The notes under the pieces are model-generated. The model worked only from the letters and a program-made list of their open reading frames with translations. It did no database searches and was not told where the DNA came from. From assembly GCF_009914755.1 (NCBI RefSeq), contig NC_060926.1: DNA of 64,000 nt; one strand, written 5' to 3'. This DNA is from the human T2T-CHM13v2.0 reference genome, Homo sapiens. The position numbers were made by a program, and so were the translations under genes. This document shows positions 63,871 to 64,000 of this stretch, piece after piece. Each line of letters begins with the position of its first letter. Position 1 is the first letter of the stretch.

Positions 63871-64000
63871 AACCGAAAGATGAAAATGTGAACAACTTCC
63901 AATCAATACATAAAAATAGACATTTTGATAGTTTCAACCAATACGCAAGATTTTTTTTTTAAAGTTCAAGAATGTCACATAAGTAACTATTAGAAAACCT

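Overview
Primate (very likely human) AT-rich, CpG-poor, non-coding genomic DNA dominated by transposable-element relics. I find no protein-coding exon, RNA gene, CpG island or CRISPR array that I can support. The ORFs in the track are degraded L1 ORF1/ORF2 pieces, MaLR-internal pieces, Alu read-throughs, simple-repeat translations or chance ORFs. Main structures: (1) a near full-length minus-strand L1MA (~12.7-21.5 kb) carrying an AluJ and a MER11 (HERV-K11/HML-8) solo LTR; (2) a 5'-truncated L1MA4/5-like element (~24.3-28.9 kb) with two Alus and an internal deletion; (3) an LTR-internal-LTR MSTB MaLR element (~49.8-52.2 kb); (4) a long L1PB (~57.0-63.4 kb) with a young L1PA2-type 137-bp insert and an AluS. 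THE1B, MST, LTR33, MER5A, MER20, MER53, MER58, Charlie4, MIR, L2 and microsatellites fill the rest. I do not see a new biological system. The most interesting observations are small-scale mutational signatures (fold-back template switches, tandem duplications, a target-site duplication diverged by reciprocal CpG decay, target-site reuse) and a strong minus-strand bias of L1/Alu that suggests an intron of a plus-strand gene. Repeat subfamily names come from my recall of consensus sequences, not a RepeatMasker run; boundaries of old elements are approximate.
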